From a bacterium (lineage in GTDB: Bacteria > Patescibacteriota > Minisyncoccia > UBA6257 > GWB1-50-10), in contig JAJZPU010000001.1 of the NCBI GenBank assembly GCA_021811055.1, positions 1 to 50,233 on the forward strand: 50,233 nucleotides of DNA, given 5' to 3'. This document shows positions 36,290 through 45,786 of the stretch, in pieces. The notes beneath the pieces were generated by a model, which saw only the letters and a program-made list of their open reading frames with translations, did not search any database and was not told where the DNA came from. The translations under genes were made by a program, and so were the position numbers. Every line of letters begins with the position of its first letter. Position 1 is the first letter of the stretch.

Positions 36290-37591
36290 ATGAAACAGAT
36301 ATTTTTATCATTGTTAAAAAAAATATTGAAAATACTCGCACACCTCACTTTGAAGCGATATAATCCGGGAATTGTGGGAATTACCGGAAACATCGGGAAG
36401 ACATCCGCAAAAGAAGCGATAGGAAAGGTGCTTGGTGTCGAACGGCGCGTGCGCGCTTCGTCTAAAAATTTCAACAACGAATTCGGACTGCCACTCTCCA
36501 TTCTCGGTGATTGGGAAAAAACCGAGGGAATCGTATTTTGGATGAGGGTGATCGCGGGATCCTTGTTCCGGCTCTGTGTACGCGATAAAAATTATCCGGA
36601 AATAGTTGTGCTTGAATATGGAGTGGATCGTGCGGGGGACATGCGTTATCTTCTCGATATTGCCCGTCCACAAATAGGGGTATTCACCGCGATGGGAGAA
36701 ACGCCGGTGCATATTGAATTTTTTACCGGCATTGAGGGGATCGTCCGCGAAAAGGCAAAACTTATCGGAAGCGTACCGACTACTGGGTTTGCGGTCTTGA
36801 ATGCGGACGATAAAAAAGTAATGGAAACAAAAGAAGTGGCGCGCGCAAATGTAGTCACGTTCGGATTTTCGGAACGTGCGGATCTGCGCATTACCAACTT
36901 TTCGAATAATATAAATGAACACGGAGGGGGAGTGTCGTTCAAACTTACTTATGGAGGAACGTATATTCCGATAAAAATCGACGGAGTACTCGGACGCGCT
37001 CCGGCGTACGCGGCAGCGGCAGCGGCACTTGTGGGGCTTGTGTTCGGGATGAATCTTGTGCACATTGCCGATGCGCTTGGAAAATTAAATCCTCCGAAAG
37101 GGAGACAGCGTATTATTCCGGGGGTAAGACATTCCGTTATTATCGACGACACATACAATGCGTCTCCCGCGGCAATGGAAGAAGCACTGCGGACCATGGG
37201 AAGCCTTAAGGCGAAACGAAGGATAGTGATTTTGGGAGATATGCTTGAGCTTGGAAAATACACACTTCAAGCGCATGAGGAAATAGGAAGAATGGTTCCT
37301 GAAAGTGCCGATATACTGTTTACCGTAGGTACCCGTGGGAAAATCATCGCGGAAGCGGCGGAACACGCGGGATTATCGAATAAGAAAATATTCTCGTTTC
37401 TCAATATTCATGAAGCGGCGATGCAGATCCAGCAAAAAGTTCAGCGCGACGATCTTATACTCGTAAAGGGGTCACAGGGAGTACGTATGGAACGCATTGT
37501 GAAGGAGATCATGGCGGAGCCGCTTCGTGCAAAGGAATTGCTTGTGCGTCAGGAGCGCACGTGGTTGCGAAAAACCGGTCTTTACGATTAA
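36290..37591 (+). CDS. murF: UDP-MurNAc-tripeptide--D-Ala-D-Ala ligase
   Basis: GITGNIGKTS.KE, NFNNEFG.PL, IIDDTYNASP, LGDMLELG, LVKGS. Confidence 0.93.
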   Translation: MKQIFLSLLKKILKILAHLTLKRYNPGIVGITGNIGKTSAKEAIGKVLGVERRVRASSKNFNNEFGLPLSILGDWEKTEGIVFWMRVIAGSLFRLCVRDKNYPEIVVLEYGVDRAGDMRYLLDIARPQIGVFTAMGETPVHIEFFTGIEGIVREKAKLIGSVPTTGFAVLNADDKKVMETKEVARANVVTFGFSERADLRITNFSNNINEHGGGVSFKLTYGGTYIPIKIDGVLGRAPAYAAAAAALVGLVFGMNLVHIADALGKLNPPKGRQRIIPGVRHSVIIDDTYNASPAAMEEALRTMGSLKAKRRIVILGDMLELGKYTLQAHEEIGRMVPESADILFTVGTRGKIIAEAAEHAGLSNKKIFSFLNIHEAAMQIQQKVQRDDLILVKGSQGVRMERIVKEIMAEPLRAKELLVRQERTWLRKTGLYD

Positions 37592-37609
37592 ATAAAGAGC
37601 GTCTATTGG

Positions 37610-37681
37610 GGTCCCATCGTCTAACGGTTAGGACACCGCCCTCTCACGGCGGTAATAGGAGTTCGATTCTCCTTGGGACTA
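37610..37681 (+). tRNA. tRNA-Glu(CTC), no encoded CCA
   Basis: GGTCCCA/TGGGACT acceptor stem, anticodon arm CCGCC-ctCTCac-GGCGG, T-arm AGGAG-TTCGATT-CTCCT. Confidence 0.95.
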
Positions 37682-37682
37682 C

Positions 37683-37722
37683 GTATACAAAAAGAGATAT
37701 TTTAATATCTCTTTTTGTATAC
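37683..37722. terminator. Perfect 19-bp hairpin directly after tRNA-Glu
   Basis: GTATACAAAAAGAGATATT-tt-AATATCTCTTTTTGTATAC. Confidence 0.7.
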
Positions 37723-37730
37723 ATGGTTTT

Positions 37731-37876
37731 GGAGAATCGAACGGGAAAGGGGTCGGGAAAACGGAAGTTTTCCCGTGTAGGAAAACAGTCCGCCGACTGG
37801 CGGACGTTAGAAACCGAGAGGTGTCTAAAGAGTCCCGAACGAAGTTGAGGGACGACGTGAGATTCTCCTTGGGACT
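37731..37876. repeat. tRNA-derived palindromic element with inverted and direct copies of the tRNA 3' end
   Basis: GGAGAATCGAAC (37731-37742) is the reverse complement of tRNA 37661-37672; GATTCTCCTTGGGACT (37861-37876) equals tRNA 37665-37680. Confidence 0.85.
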
Positions 37877-37918
37877 GTGAAGTTGAGGGCGATTTTTATT
37901 TTGGGTATGATTAAAGCA

Positions 37919-39631
37919 ATGGATTTGGAAACAAAACTTTGTCAGAATTGTCGGAGAAATTTTACGATAGAAAGCGAGGATTTTAATTTCTACAAAAAAA
38001 TAGATGTACCGCCCCCGACATGGTGCCCCATGTGCCGGAGGGAACGGCTTTTGTCGTGGAGAAACGAGCGGACGCTTTATAAACGGAAATGTGCCGCAAC
38101 GGGAAAGGATATTGTTTCAATATTTTCTCCGGATGGTCCGATTAATGCCTATGAGCGGGATTATTGGTGGAGTGATGCGTGGGATGCCCGACAATTCGGT
38201 ATGGAATACGATTTTTCGATTCCATTTTTCACTCAATTCAGGAAACTTATGGAGCGTGTTCCGATGCCCTCGGTATTCAACAGTACTTGCGTGAACAGCA
38301 ATTATTGCAACCATGTCGCGAAGTCGAAAGATTGTTATTTCGTATTCGCGTCGTTTCAAAACGAGAACCTCGTGTATTCTTCTCAATGTGGTGACGTTCG
38401 TGATTCTTCCGATATTTTGACGGCAAACAGCTCCGAATTGTGTTATGAGGTGATAAAAGGCATGAAATTGTATCATGTGCTTTTTGCGGAGAATTCGGAA
38501 AACTGCAACGATTGCGCGTTCATCTACGACTGCAAGGGATGTCAGCAGTGCTTCGGATGTACGAATTTGCGGAATAAATCATATTATTTCTTCAATACTC
38601 CCTGCACGAAAGAGGAGTATCAGGAAAAGATAAAAGAATTCGATCTCGGAAAGAGAAGCGACATCAAGCGGGCATGGACGCTTTTTGAGGCGGAAAAATT
38701 AAAGGCAATCCGTCGCCCGGCATTTTTTGTGAATACGACCAATTCGACGGGAGATTATCTCGATCAGTGCGATTCGTGTAAATATTGTTTCGGTATCCGC
38801 ATGGGGGGACGAAACTGCAAATATTGCATGAATGGGGGATACACGTTGAACGATTCATACGACACATTCGGATGTGGCGATAATGGTGAATTGATATACG
38901 AATCGGTGGACGCGGGACTCAGTGGCTCACGATTTTTGTTCGATGTGGTGGCATATGGGGGGACAAATGTGGAATACAGTCTGAATTGTCACGGTTCGGA
39001 AAATCTCTTCGGCTGTATCGGTCTTCGGAATAAGCGGTACTGTATTTTGAATAAGGAATATACAAAAGAAGAATACGAAATACTGATACCGAAAATTAAG
39101 GCGCATATGAAAGAAATACCCTATATCGATACAAAGGGGCGGACCTATTCATATGGAGAATTCTTTCCTACGGAACTGTCGCTATTCGCATACAATGAGT
39201 CGCTTGCATATGAGCATTTTCCCTACACAAAAGAAGTTATCGAAAGACGGGGATATCCATGGAGAGATCTTCCGAAAAACGAATATGCGATTACCGTACA
39301 TACCGAAAATATTCCCGAAAGCATAGCCGATGTTTTCGAGGATATCACAAAAGAGGTCCTTGAGTGCGGACATAAGCGGACGTGTCTCGACAACTGTGTC
39401 GGCGCATTTCGTATTACGCCACAGGAATTTTCATTATATAAAAAAATAGGCGTCTCACTTCCGGAACTGTGTCCGAACTGCAGGCACATGGAACGGATAA
39501 AAAGAGCGAATCCGTTTTTCTTGTGGAAGAGAAATTGCGGAAAATGTGGAGTGTCAATGGAAACAACGTATGCTCCCGAAAGACCGGAAATTGTGTATTG
39601 CGAAGAGTGCTATCAGGGTGAGATCTATTAA
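37919..39631 (+). CDS. Cys-rich multi-zinc-ribbon hypothetical protein, paralogue 2
   Basis: Same architecture as 21228..22994; ATG lies 7 nt after TATGAT. Confidence 0.85.
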   Translation: MDLETKLCQNCRRNFTIESEDFNFYKKIDVPPPTWCPMCRRERLLSWRNERTLYKRKCAATGKDIVSIFSPDGPINAYERDYWWSDAWDARQFGMEYDFSIPFFTQFRKLMERVPMPSVFNSTCVNSNYCNHVAKSKDCYFVFASFQNENLVYSSQCGDVRDSSDILTANSSELCYEVIKGMKLYHVLFAENSENCNDCAFIYDCKGCQQCFGCTNLRNKSYYFFNTPCTKEEYQEKIKEFDLGKRSDIKRAWTLFEAEKLKAIRRPAFFVNTTNSTGDYLDQCDSCKYCFGIRMGGRNCKYCMNGGYTLNDSYDTFGCGDNGELIYESVDAGLSGSRFLFDVVAYGGTNVEYSLNCHGSENLFGCIGLRNKRYCILNKEYTKEEYEILIPKIKAHMKEIPYIDTKGRTYSYGEFFPTELSLFAYNESLAYEHFPYTKEVIERRGYPWRDLPKNEYAITVHTENIPESIADVFEDITKEVLECGHKRTCLDNCVGAFRITPQEFSLYKKIGVSLPELCPNCRHMERIKRANPFFLWKRNCGKCGVSMETTYAPERPEIVYCEECYQGEIY

Positions 39632-39637
39632 TGTTCT

Positions 39638-41284
39638 ATGCAAAAGATTTGCGAACACTGTAAAAAAGAATTTTCGATAACGAATGAAGAGCTCGGAATG
39701 TACGAAAAACTCGGGTTGGAACTTCCCCGAATATGCTTTTTCTGCAGAGTAAGCCTTCATTTTTCGGTATGGCCGTTCGGAAAATTCAGAAAAACAAAAT
39801 CAGATCTTTCGGGAGAAAGTATGATCACGGTGCTTTCGGCGCAAAAGAGATACCCGATCTATACACTTCACGAGTGGCATAGTGACGCGTGGGATGGGAT
39901 TGATTATGGAAAGGAATATGATCCATCAAGACCGTTTTTCGATCAGATGAAGGAGCTGCAAGAAAAGGTGCCGCGTCCGCATCAGGGGGCGGGGAACAGC
40001 ACGAATTGTGACTGGTGCGATGATGTGTGGAATTCGAAGAATTGTTACCTTTCACGATCAATGGAGGAATGTGAAGACCTCTACTATGCATACCGCGTAT
40101 TTCGCGGGAAGAATTCAATCGACCTCGTATTTTGTTTTGATTCTAATAATTGCTATGACTGCACGTACTGTTTCAATTCTTACGACCTCTTCTATTCACA
40201 GAATTCCCGCGATTGCATGAATTCATATTTTCTCTTTGACTGCAGGAACTGTTCAAATTGTTTTATGTGTTGGAATTTACGCGGAAAATCATATTGTATC
40301 GAGAATATACAATATTCGAAGGAGGAATACCTTGAGAAAATCGGATCATTTCAACTTACGTCATTTAAGTCAATTCAGAATTTTCGAATCCAATTCGGTG
40401 AGATGGTAAAAAAGAATGTTGTGCATCGGGAAAATTTCAATATCAGGGCAAATAATTCCGAAGGGGAATTTCTTCTGGATATGAATAATGCCCACAATTG
40501 TTTCGGAATCCAGTTTTCCGAAGAGTGTTACAACTGCGTGCGTGGTTTGACCGACAAAACGAACATTGACGCGAACGGATGTTGGTACGCAGAATTTGTG
40601 GGAAATTCGAGCTCGTGCGTGAATGCGTATGCGATGAAATATTCCTCATGGTCATCGGGTCGTTTTTCCGAATATCTCGATCTTTGCAAGGAGTGCGAAT
40701 ATTGTTTCGGATGCGTGGGACTTAAAAATAAAAAATATTGTATTTTGAACACACAGTACACGAAGGAAGAATACGAAGCGCTTCGGGAAAAAGTTATTGG
40801 AGATATGAAAGCGAGGGGAGAGTACGGGTCGTTTTTCCCGTATGCAATGAGTACCGGTCCATACAATTTTTCGACAAGCTATAGCTATTTTCCCGAAAAA
40901 ACAAAAGAAGAAATTCTCGCGCTTGGAGGATATTGGGAAGATATCGATGAAACCCGTACGGAAGGCATGCCGACCGCGGAATTGCCGGACGATATTCGCG
41001 ACGTTCCCGATTCAATTATCGCACAGGCGCTCATTTGTCCCGTATCGGGCTGGCGTTTCAATATTGCGCAGAGAGAGCTGGAATTCTATAAACAGAAGGG
41101 TGTTCCTCTTCCGCGCGTGCATTTTGATGTGCGCATCAAAGAGCGCATGAAATATCTTACGGTATTGAAACCAACGGAGCGTGCGTGCGTGTTTTGTGGA
41201 AAGAATATGCGCGTCTATTATCCAAAAGAGTGGAAATATGAGAAAATTGCATGTACGGAGTGTTATCAAAAAGAAGTGGCGTAA
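39638..41284 (+). CDS. Cys-rich multi-zinc-ribbon hypothetical protein, paralogue 3 (divergent)
   Basis: CEHC..CFFCR, NCFMCWNLR, CFGCVGLKNKKYCILN, CTECYQKEV; some CxxC motifs are lost (SDLSG, CPVSG, RVHF). Confidence 0.85.
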   Translation: MQKICEHCKKEFSITNEELGMYEKLGLELPRICFFCRVSLHFSVWPFGKFRKTKSDLSGESMITVLSAQKRYPIYTLHEWHSDAWDGIDYGKEYDPSRPFFDQMKELQEKVPRPHQGAGNSTNCDWCDDVWNSKNCYLSRSMEECEDLYYAYRVFRGKNSIDLVFCFDSNNCYDCTYCFNSYDLFYSQNSRDCMNSYFLFDCRNCSNCFMCWNLRGKSYCIENIQYSKEEYLEKIGSFQLTSFKSIQNFRIQFGEMVKKNVVHRENFNIRANNSEGEFLLDMNNAHNCFGIQFSEECYNCVRGLTDKTNIDANGCWYAEFVGNSSSCVNAYAMKYSSWSSGRFSEYLDLCKECEYCFGCVGLKNKKYCILNTQYTKEEYEALREKVIGDMKARGEYGSFFPYAMSTGPYNFSTSYSYFPEKTKEEILALGGYWEDIDETRTEGMPTAELPDDIRDVPDSIIAQALICPVSGWRFNIAQRELEFYKQKGVPLPRVHFDVRIKERMKYLTVLKPTERACVFCGKNMRVYYPKEWKYEKIACTECYQKEVA

Positions 41285-41294
41285 GTCATATTAT

Positions 41295-42998
41295 ATGAAC
41301 AACGAACAAAGAACGTGCCAAAATTGCAAAAAAGATTTCACGATTGAAAGTGAAGACCTTGCGTTTTACGAAAAAATAAATGTACCGCCGCCGACCTGGT
41401 GCCCGAAATGCAGGCTTATCCGCAGGTTTTCTTTTATGAACTTGTGGAGTTTGTATAAACGAAAATGCTCGAAGTGTGGTAAATCAATGGTGAGTATACA
41501 TCCGGAAAATACAGAGTTCCCAGTGTATTGTCAGCCGTGTTGGTGGGCGGACGACTGGGATGGAACCGAATATGCGATTGAATATGATTCAAACCGCCCG
41601 TTTCTTCAGCAGGTACAGGAACTCGCGAAAAAAACACCATACATGGGTCTTGAGAGCGCATATCTTACCAATACAAATTGTGATTACACAAACGGGACGG
41701 CATATTCAAAAAATTGTTATATGACATTTTGGGCTGATTATTGTGAGAATGTCTATTATTCAATATTTCTCTTTAACCTCCGCGACTCACTTAATTGTTA
41801 CCGGATGAAGGACAGTGAGCTTTGTTATGAAGATGTTGGATGTTATAAGTGTTATGGTACGTATTATTCCGAAGAATGTGATTCGTGTACCGATATATGG
41901 TTTTCTCGTTCTTGTATTGGATGTTCACATTGTTTCGGATGTATTAATTTACGAAATAAAAGCTACTGTATCTTTAATGAGCAGTATTCAAAAGAGAAAT
42001 ATTTTGAAAAACTGAAGGAGTTTAATCTCTCTTCGTATTTCGCATTGGAAAATATAAAAAGAAAAGTTTATGAGTTATGGTTACAACATCCCCGTAGAGC
42101 ATATATAGGAAATAGCTTGAATGTAAATGTGACGGGTGACTATGTATATGAGTCCAAGAATTCACGTGATGCCTATATGGTAAGTGGCGTTGAAGATTCT
42201 CGATTTACTCAGTTTATTTCAGTGGCAAAGGCGCACGACTCTTATGACTATACCGGATGGGGGAATGGGGCAGAACGCATTTATGAATCATGCGTCGTTG
42301 GAGAGGGGGCGAATAATATAAAGTTTTCAAATGAATGCTGGCCCGACGTATTAAATGTTGAATATTCAATTTATGGAATTACATGCAAAAATATTATTGG
42401 ATGTGTGAATCTTAAGCGTAAGGAATATTGTATTTTGAACAAACAGTATACAAAAGAGGAATATGAAAAATTATCTGCGCATATCCGCAAAGATATGGAA
42501 CAGAATCCTTATAGCGATGTTGTGGGTCGTGTATGGAAATACGGTGAATTTTTACCATACGAACTCTCTCCCTTTTCTTACAATCAGACGATAGCGCTGG
42601 CATTTTTTCCAAAAGAAAAAGAAGAAGTCTTGGGAGAGGGAATAAAATGGCGCGAAACGGAGGAAAATGAATATCCAATCACGATGCGAGCTCAGGATAT
42701 TCCCGATTCGATTGAGAATACCGACGAATCTATTCTGAAGGAAGTTATCGCCTGTGAAAATTGTGGGAAGGCATATAAAATTCTTCAGGGAGAACTTGAT
42801 ATACTGAAGAGATTTTCCCTGCCCCTGTATCATCATTGTTCGATATGTCGAAGAAATATTTTATTTTCGAAGACAAATCTGCCGTATCTCTATGATAGGA
42901 GTTGTATGAAGTGCGGTAAGGCGATAAAAACTTCGTATGCTCCCGAAAGACCGGAAATAGTCTATTGCGAGGAATGCTATCAGGCGGAAATAGCGTAG
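41295..42998 (+). CDS. Cys-rich multi-zinc-ribbon hypothetical protein, paralogue 4
   Basis: MNNEQRTCQNCKKDFTIE...PPTWCPKCR ... SYAPERPEIVYCEECYQAE; start corrected from 41181. Confidence 0.85.
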   Translation: MNNEQRTCQNCKKDFTIESEDLAFYEKINVPPPTWCPKCRLIRRFSFMNLWSLYKRKCSKCGKSMVSIHPENTEFPVYCQPCWWADDWDGTEYAIEYDSNRPFLQQVQELAKKTPYMGLESAYLTNTNCDYTNGTAYSKNCYMTFWADYCENVYYSIFLFNLRDSLNCYRMKDSELCYEDVGCYKCYGTYYSEECDSCTDIWFSRSCIGCSHCFGCINLRNKSYCIFNEQYSKEKYFEKLKEFNLSSYFALENIKRKVYELWLQHPRRAYIGNSLNVNVTGDYVYESKNSRDAYMVSGVEDSRFTQFISVAKAHDSYDYTGWGNGAERIYESCVVGEGANNIKFSNECWPDVLNVEYSIYGITCKNIIGCVNLKRKEYCILNKQYTKEEYEKLSAHIRKDMEQNPYSDVVGRVWKYGEFLPYELSPFSYNQTIALAFFPKEKEEVLGEGIKWRETEENEYPITMRAQDIPDSIENTDESILKEVIACENCGKAYKILQGELDILKRFSLPLYHHCSICRRNILFSKTNLPYLYDRSCMKCGKAIKTSYAPERPEIVYCEECYQAEIA

Positions 42999-43006
42999 TT
43001 TTTTGA

Positions 43007-44011
43007 ATGAAAACGAAAATAACAAAAATAAATCGAAAAAAACCGGAAGAAAAGATAATTCGCGCCGCCGCGAAAATCATAAAAAACGGCGGACTTGTCG
43101 CGTTCCCGACGGAGACGGTATACGGACTTGGGGCGGACGCGCTCCGTGCGGGTGCGGTGAAAAAAATTTTTGAGGCAAAGGGGCGTCCCGCGGATAATCC
43201 TCTCATTGTCCATATATGCGACGAAAAGATGCTCGCCGCCGTGGTCAAAGAAATTCCGGAAAAAGCATTCCCGCTCATGAAAAAATTTTGGCCGGGACCC
43301 CTCACGATAATATTCAAAAAAAAGAATAGCATTCCCGATATAGTGACCGCCGGAGGAAATACGGTCGCGGTGCGTATGCCGGCACATCCCGTTGCACTCG
43401 CGCTTATCGAAAAAACGCGGGTGCCTGTTGCGGCACCCTCGGCGAACATCTCGACTCGTCCGAGTCCCACGGAGGCGAAGCATGTCTACGAAGATCTGAA
43501 AGGGAAAATCCCGCTTATTCTTGACGGAGGACATACGCGCATAGGAGTCGAATCTACGGTCGTGGATCTTACGACAAAAATTCCCACAATACTGCGCAAG
43601 GGAAAAATAACGAGTGGTGAAATTAAAGACATGATAGGTCCCGTTCTTCTTTCGACCGAAAAAAAAGAAGGTGTAGTGAGATCCCCGGGACAAAAATACA
43701 GGCACTACGCACCGAAGGCGAAACTTATTCTTGTTTCCGGAGGGAGTGCCGCGGTGAAAAAAAATATCAGGAAGTATCCAAAAAACAGGGTGTGTGTCAT
43801 TACGTTTACCGAAAGGAAGGATCTTTATATGAAAGCGTATAAAACATTCATTTTCGGAAAAAGAAACGATCCTCTCCGCGCGGCAAGAAGTTTTTTCTCG
43901 CTTCTTCGGAAGTGTGATGAAAAGAATGCGGATGTCATTATCGTGGAAACACCACCAAAAAACGGTGTCGGGGATGCGCTTATAGACAGAATTTCCCGCG
44001 CGGCATCGTAA
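43007..44011 (+). CDS. sua5: L-threonylcarbamoyladenylate synthase (Sua5 type)
   Basis: VAFPTETVYGLG, KGRPADNPLIVH, FWPGPLT, APSAN, ESTV, SPGQKYRHYAP. Confidence 0.96.
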   Translation: MKTKITKINRKKPEEKIIRAAAKIIKNGGLVAFPTETVYGLGADALRAGAVKKIFEAKGRPADNPLIVHICDEKMLAAVVKEIPEKAFPLMKKFWPGPLTIIFKKKNSIPDIVTAGGNTVAVRMPAHPVALALIEKTRVPVAAPSANISTRPSPTEAKHVYEDLKGKIPLILDGGHTRIGVESTVVDLTTKIPTILRKGKITSGEIKDMIGPVLLSTEKKEGVVRSPGQKYRHYAPKAKLILVSGGSAAVKKNIRKYPKNRVCVITFTERKDLYMKAYKTFIFGKRNDPLRAARSFFSLLRKCDEKNADVIIVETPPKNGVGDALIDRISRAAS

Positions 44012-44073
44012 AGGTATACTGGTTCGTGTTGTCCGCATTTTTTTTGGGACAGATTCTCATATATAATGTGGAT

Positions 44074-44970
44074 ATGCAGAAAAATATCGCCATTATCGGG
44101 GCGGGAAGAATAGGAGATGCGTTTTCACGCATATTTATAAAGCAGGGATACGATGTTTCGATGTGGGACAAGGAGGAGGGAAAAGTTCCCAATCAGAAAG
44201 ACATCTCGGAGATCGTACGGAACGCGGATCTGGTTTTCCTCTGTGTGCCCTCGTGGGCATTGCGGGACGTGTGTCGGGGAATTCAAAACGATGTGCCGCA
44301 TCATGCGTTTATCATCGCACTCGCGAAGGGACTGGAACGCGGGACTCGAAAGACTCCCGATGAGATTATCGGGGAATTTTTCCATAAGAAAAAATTCGGG
44401 ATGCTGGGAGGTCCGATGCTTGCCGAAGAGTTGAATCTTGGTCACGTGGGAGTGGGCATGATAGGAGCCCAAAACGGAGAGATATTCGAAAAAGTAAAGG
44501 CCGCCTTCAGCGGAAGCGCGGTGCGTTTTTTATACACAAAAGATATGCATGGGGTGGCACTCGGAGGAGTCCTTAAGAATACGTATGCGCTCGCATTCGG
44601 TATTGCCGACGGACTCGAGTGGAGTGGTAATGCAAAGGGATGGCTTCTCGTAAAATCGATGAATGAGATTACGCGTCTTTCGCGTATACTTGGAGGGAGA
44701 AAGAAAACGGTACTTGATGTGGCGGGACTCGGAGATCTTGCGACATGCGGATTCAGCGAATACTCGCGAAACAGAAAGGCGGGACAGGACGTTTTGGAGG
44801 ACGGAAAATTCGATATACAAAGCGAGGGGGTGATATCCGCGCCCTCCGTATTCGGGCTTGTCGGAAAAAAAGTGAAGAAATTCGAGATACTCTCGGCATT
44901 GGAAAAAATCATGGTTGAAAGAAAAGATCCGCGGACGATATTCGAAAATATTCTCGACTCAATATCCTAA
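44074..44970 (+). CDS. gpsA: NAD(P)H-dependent glycerol-3-phosphate dehydrogenase
   Basis: IIGAG, AKGLE, GGPMLAEE, GGVLKN.YA..GI.DG...N, AGLGDL.TC....SRNR..G. Confidence 0.88.
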   Translation: MQKNIAIIGAGRIGDAFSRIFIKQGYDVSMWDKEEGKVPNQKDISEIVRNADLVFLCVPSWALRDVCRGIQNDVPHHAFIIALAKGLERGTRKTPDEIIGEFFHKKKFGMLGGPMLAEELNLGHVGVGMIGAQNGEIFEKVKAAFSGSAVRFLYTKDMHGVALGGVLKNTYALAFGIADGLEWSGNAKGWLLVKSMNEITRLSRILGGRKKTVLDVAGLGDLATCGFSEYSRNRKAGQDVLEDGKFDIQSEGVISAPSVFGLVGKKVKKFEILSALEKIMVERKDPRTIFENILDSIS

Positions 44971-44975
44971 TCATC

Positions 44976-45764
44976 ATGAAAAAGAAAAAAATCATCTCGT
45001 TTGCCGCTATCGTCGCTCTTATCATTCTGCTTTTTGTCGGAGTGAATTTTTTGAAATATTCGGAGGGAGGCGCCGCATTTTTCGGTTCGTTGTATGAAAA
45101 AAAATCCATGTTTCCTCTCGTTACCGGCGCAGCACTTATCGACAGTGTAAATCCGTGCGCATTTTCTATACTTTTCCTTACCATCGCGTTTCTTTTCAGT
45201 CTCGGAAGAACGAGAAAGAACATACTTCTTGTCGGTGGTACATACATTCTTGGAGTCTTCCTTGTCTATGTGCTTATCGGGTTGGGAGTGCTACAAACGC
45301 TCCAATTCTTTAATGTGCCTCATTTTGTCGCGCGCATCGGAGGAGCCATTCTTATTTTTTCGGGAGCACTCAGTCTTATAAATCACTTCGTTCCGTCTTT
45401 TCCGATAAAACTTGGAATTCCGCAACGCGCGCACAGAAAAATCGCAACCTTTGTTGAAAAAGCATCGATTCCCTCGGCACTCGCTCTCGGATTCTTTGTG
45501 GGAATGTGGGAATTTCCGTGTACGGGGGGGCCATATCTCATGGTGTTGGGACTTTTGCATGATCGTGCCACATTTTTCAGCGGATTCGGATATCTTGTGT
45601 GGTACAACATCGTGTTCGTGTTGCCGCTTATACTCATACTTTTTACGGCGGGAAACGAAGAGCTGCTGAAGAAAGTAGAGGGGTGGAAAAAAGAAAACGT
45701 GAAGGGTCGGCTCATCGGAGGAGTTGCGATGATGCTCTTGGGAACGCTTATCTTTCTTCTCTAA
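44976..45764 (+). CDS. CcdA/DsbD-like transmembrane thiol-redox protein
   Basis: DSVNPCAF and EFPCTGGPY Pro-Cys pair within about 6-7 TMs. Confidence 0.8.
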   Translation: MKKKKIISFAAIVALIILLFVGVNFLKYSEGGAAFFGSLYEKKSMFPLVTGAALIDSVNPCAFSILFLTIAFLFSLGRTRKNILLVGGTYILGVFLVYVLIGLGVLQTLQFFNVPHFVARIGGAILIFSGALSLINHFVPSFPIKLGIPQRAHRKIATFVEKASIPSALALGFFVGMWEFPCTGGPYLMVLGLLHDRATFFSGFGYLVWYNIVFVLPLILILFTAGNEELLKKVEGWKKENVKGRLIGGVAMMLLGTLIFLL

Positions 45765-45786
45765 AAAAGGTACAATAACAGTCATT

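Noticed and set aside
37665..37876. Prophage or genomic island integrated at tRNA-Glu
   Set aside because: The direct repeats are only about 180 bp apart and enclose no ORF; no integrase in the window.
37919..42998. Diversity-generating retroelement acting on the Cys-rich paralogues
   Set aside because: No reverse transcriptase and no non-coding template repeat in the window; differences between the similar 3' ends are not adenine-specific.
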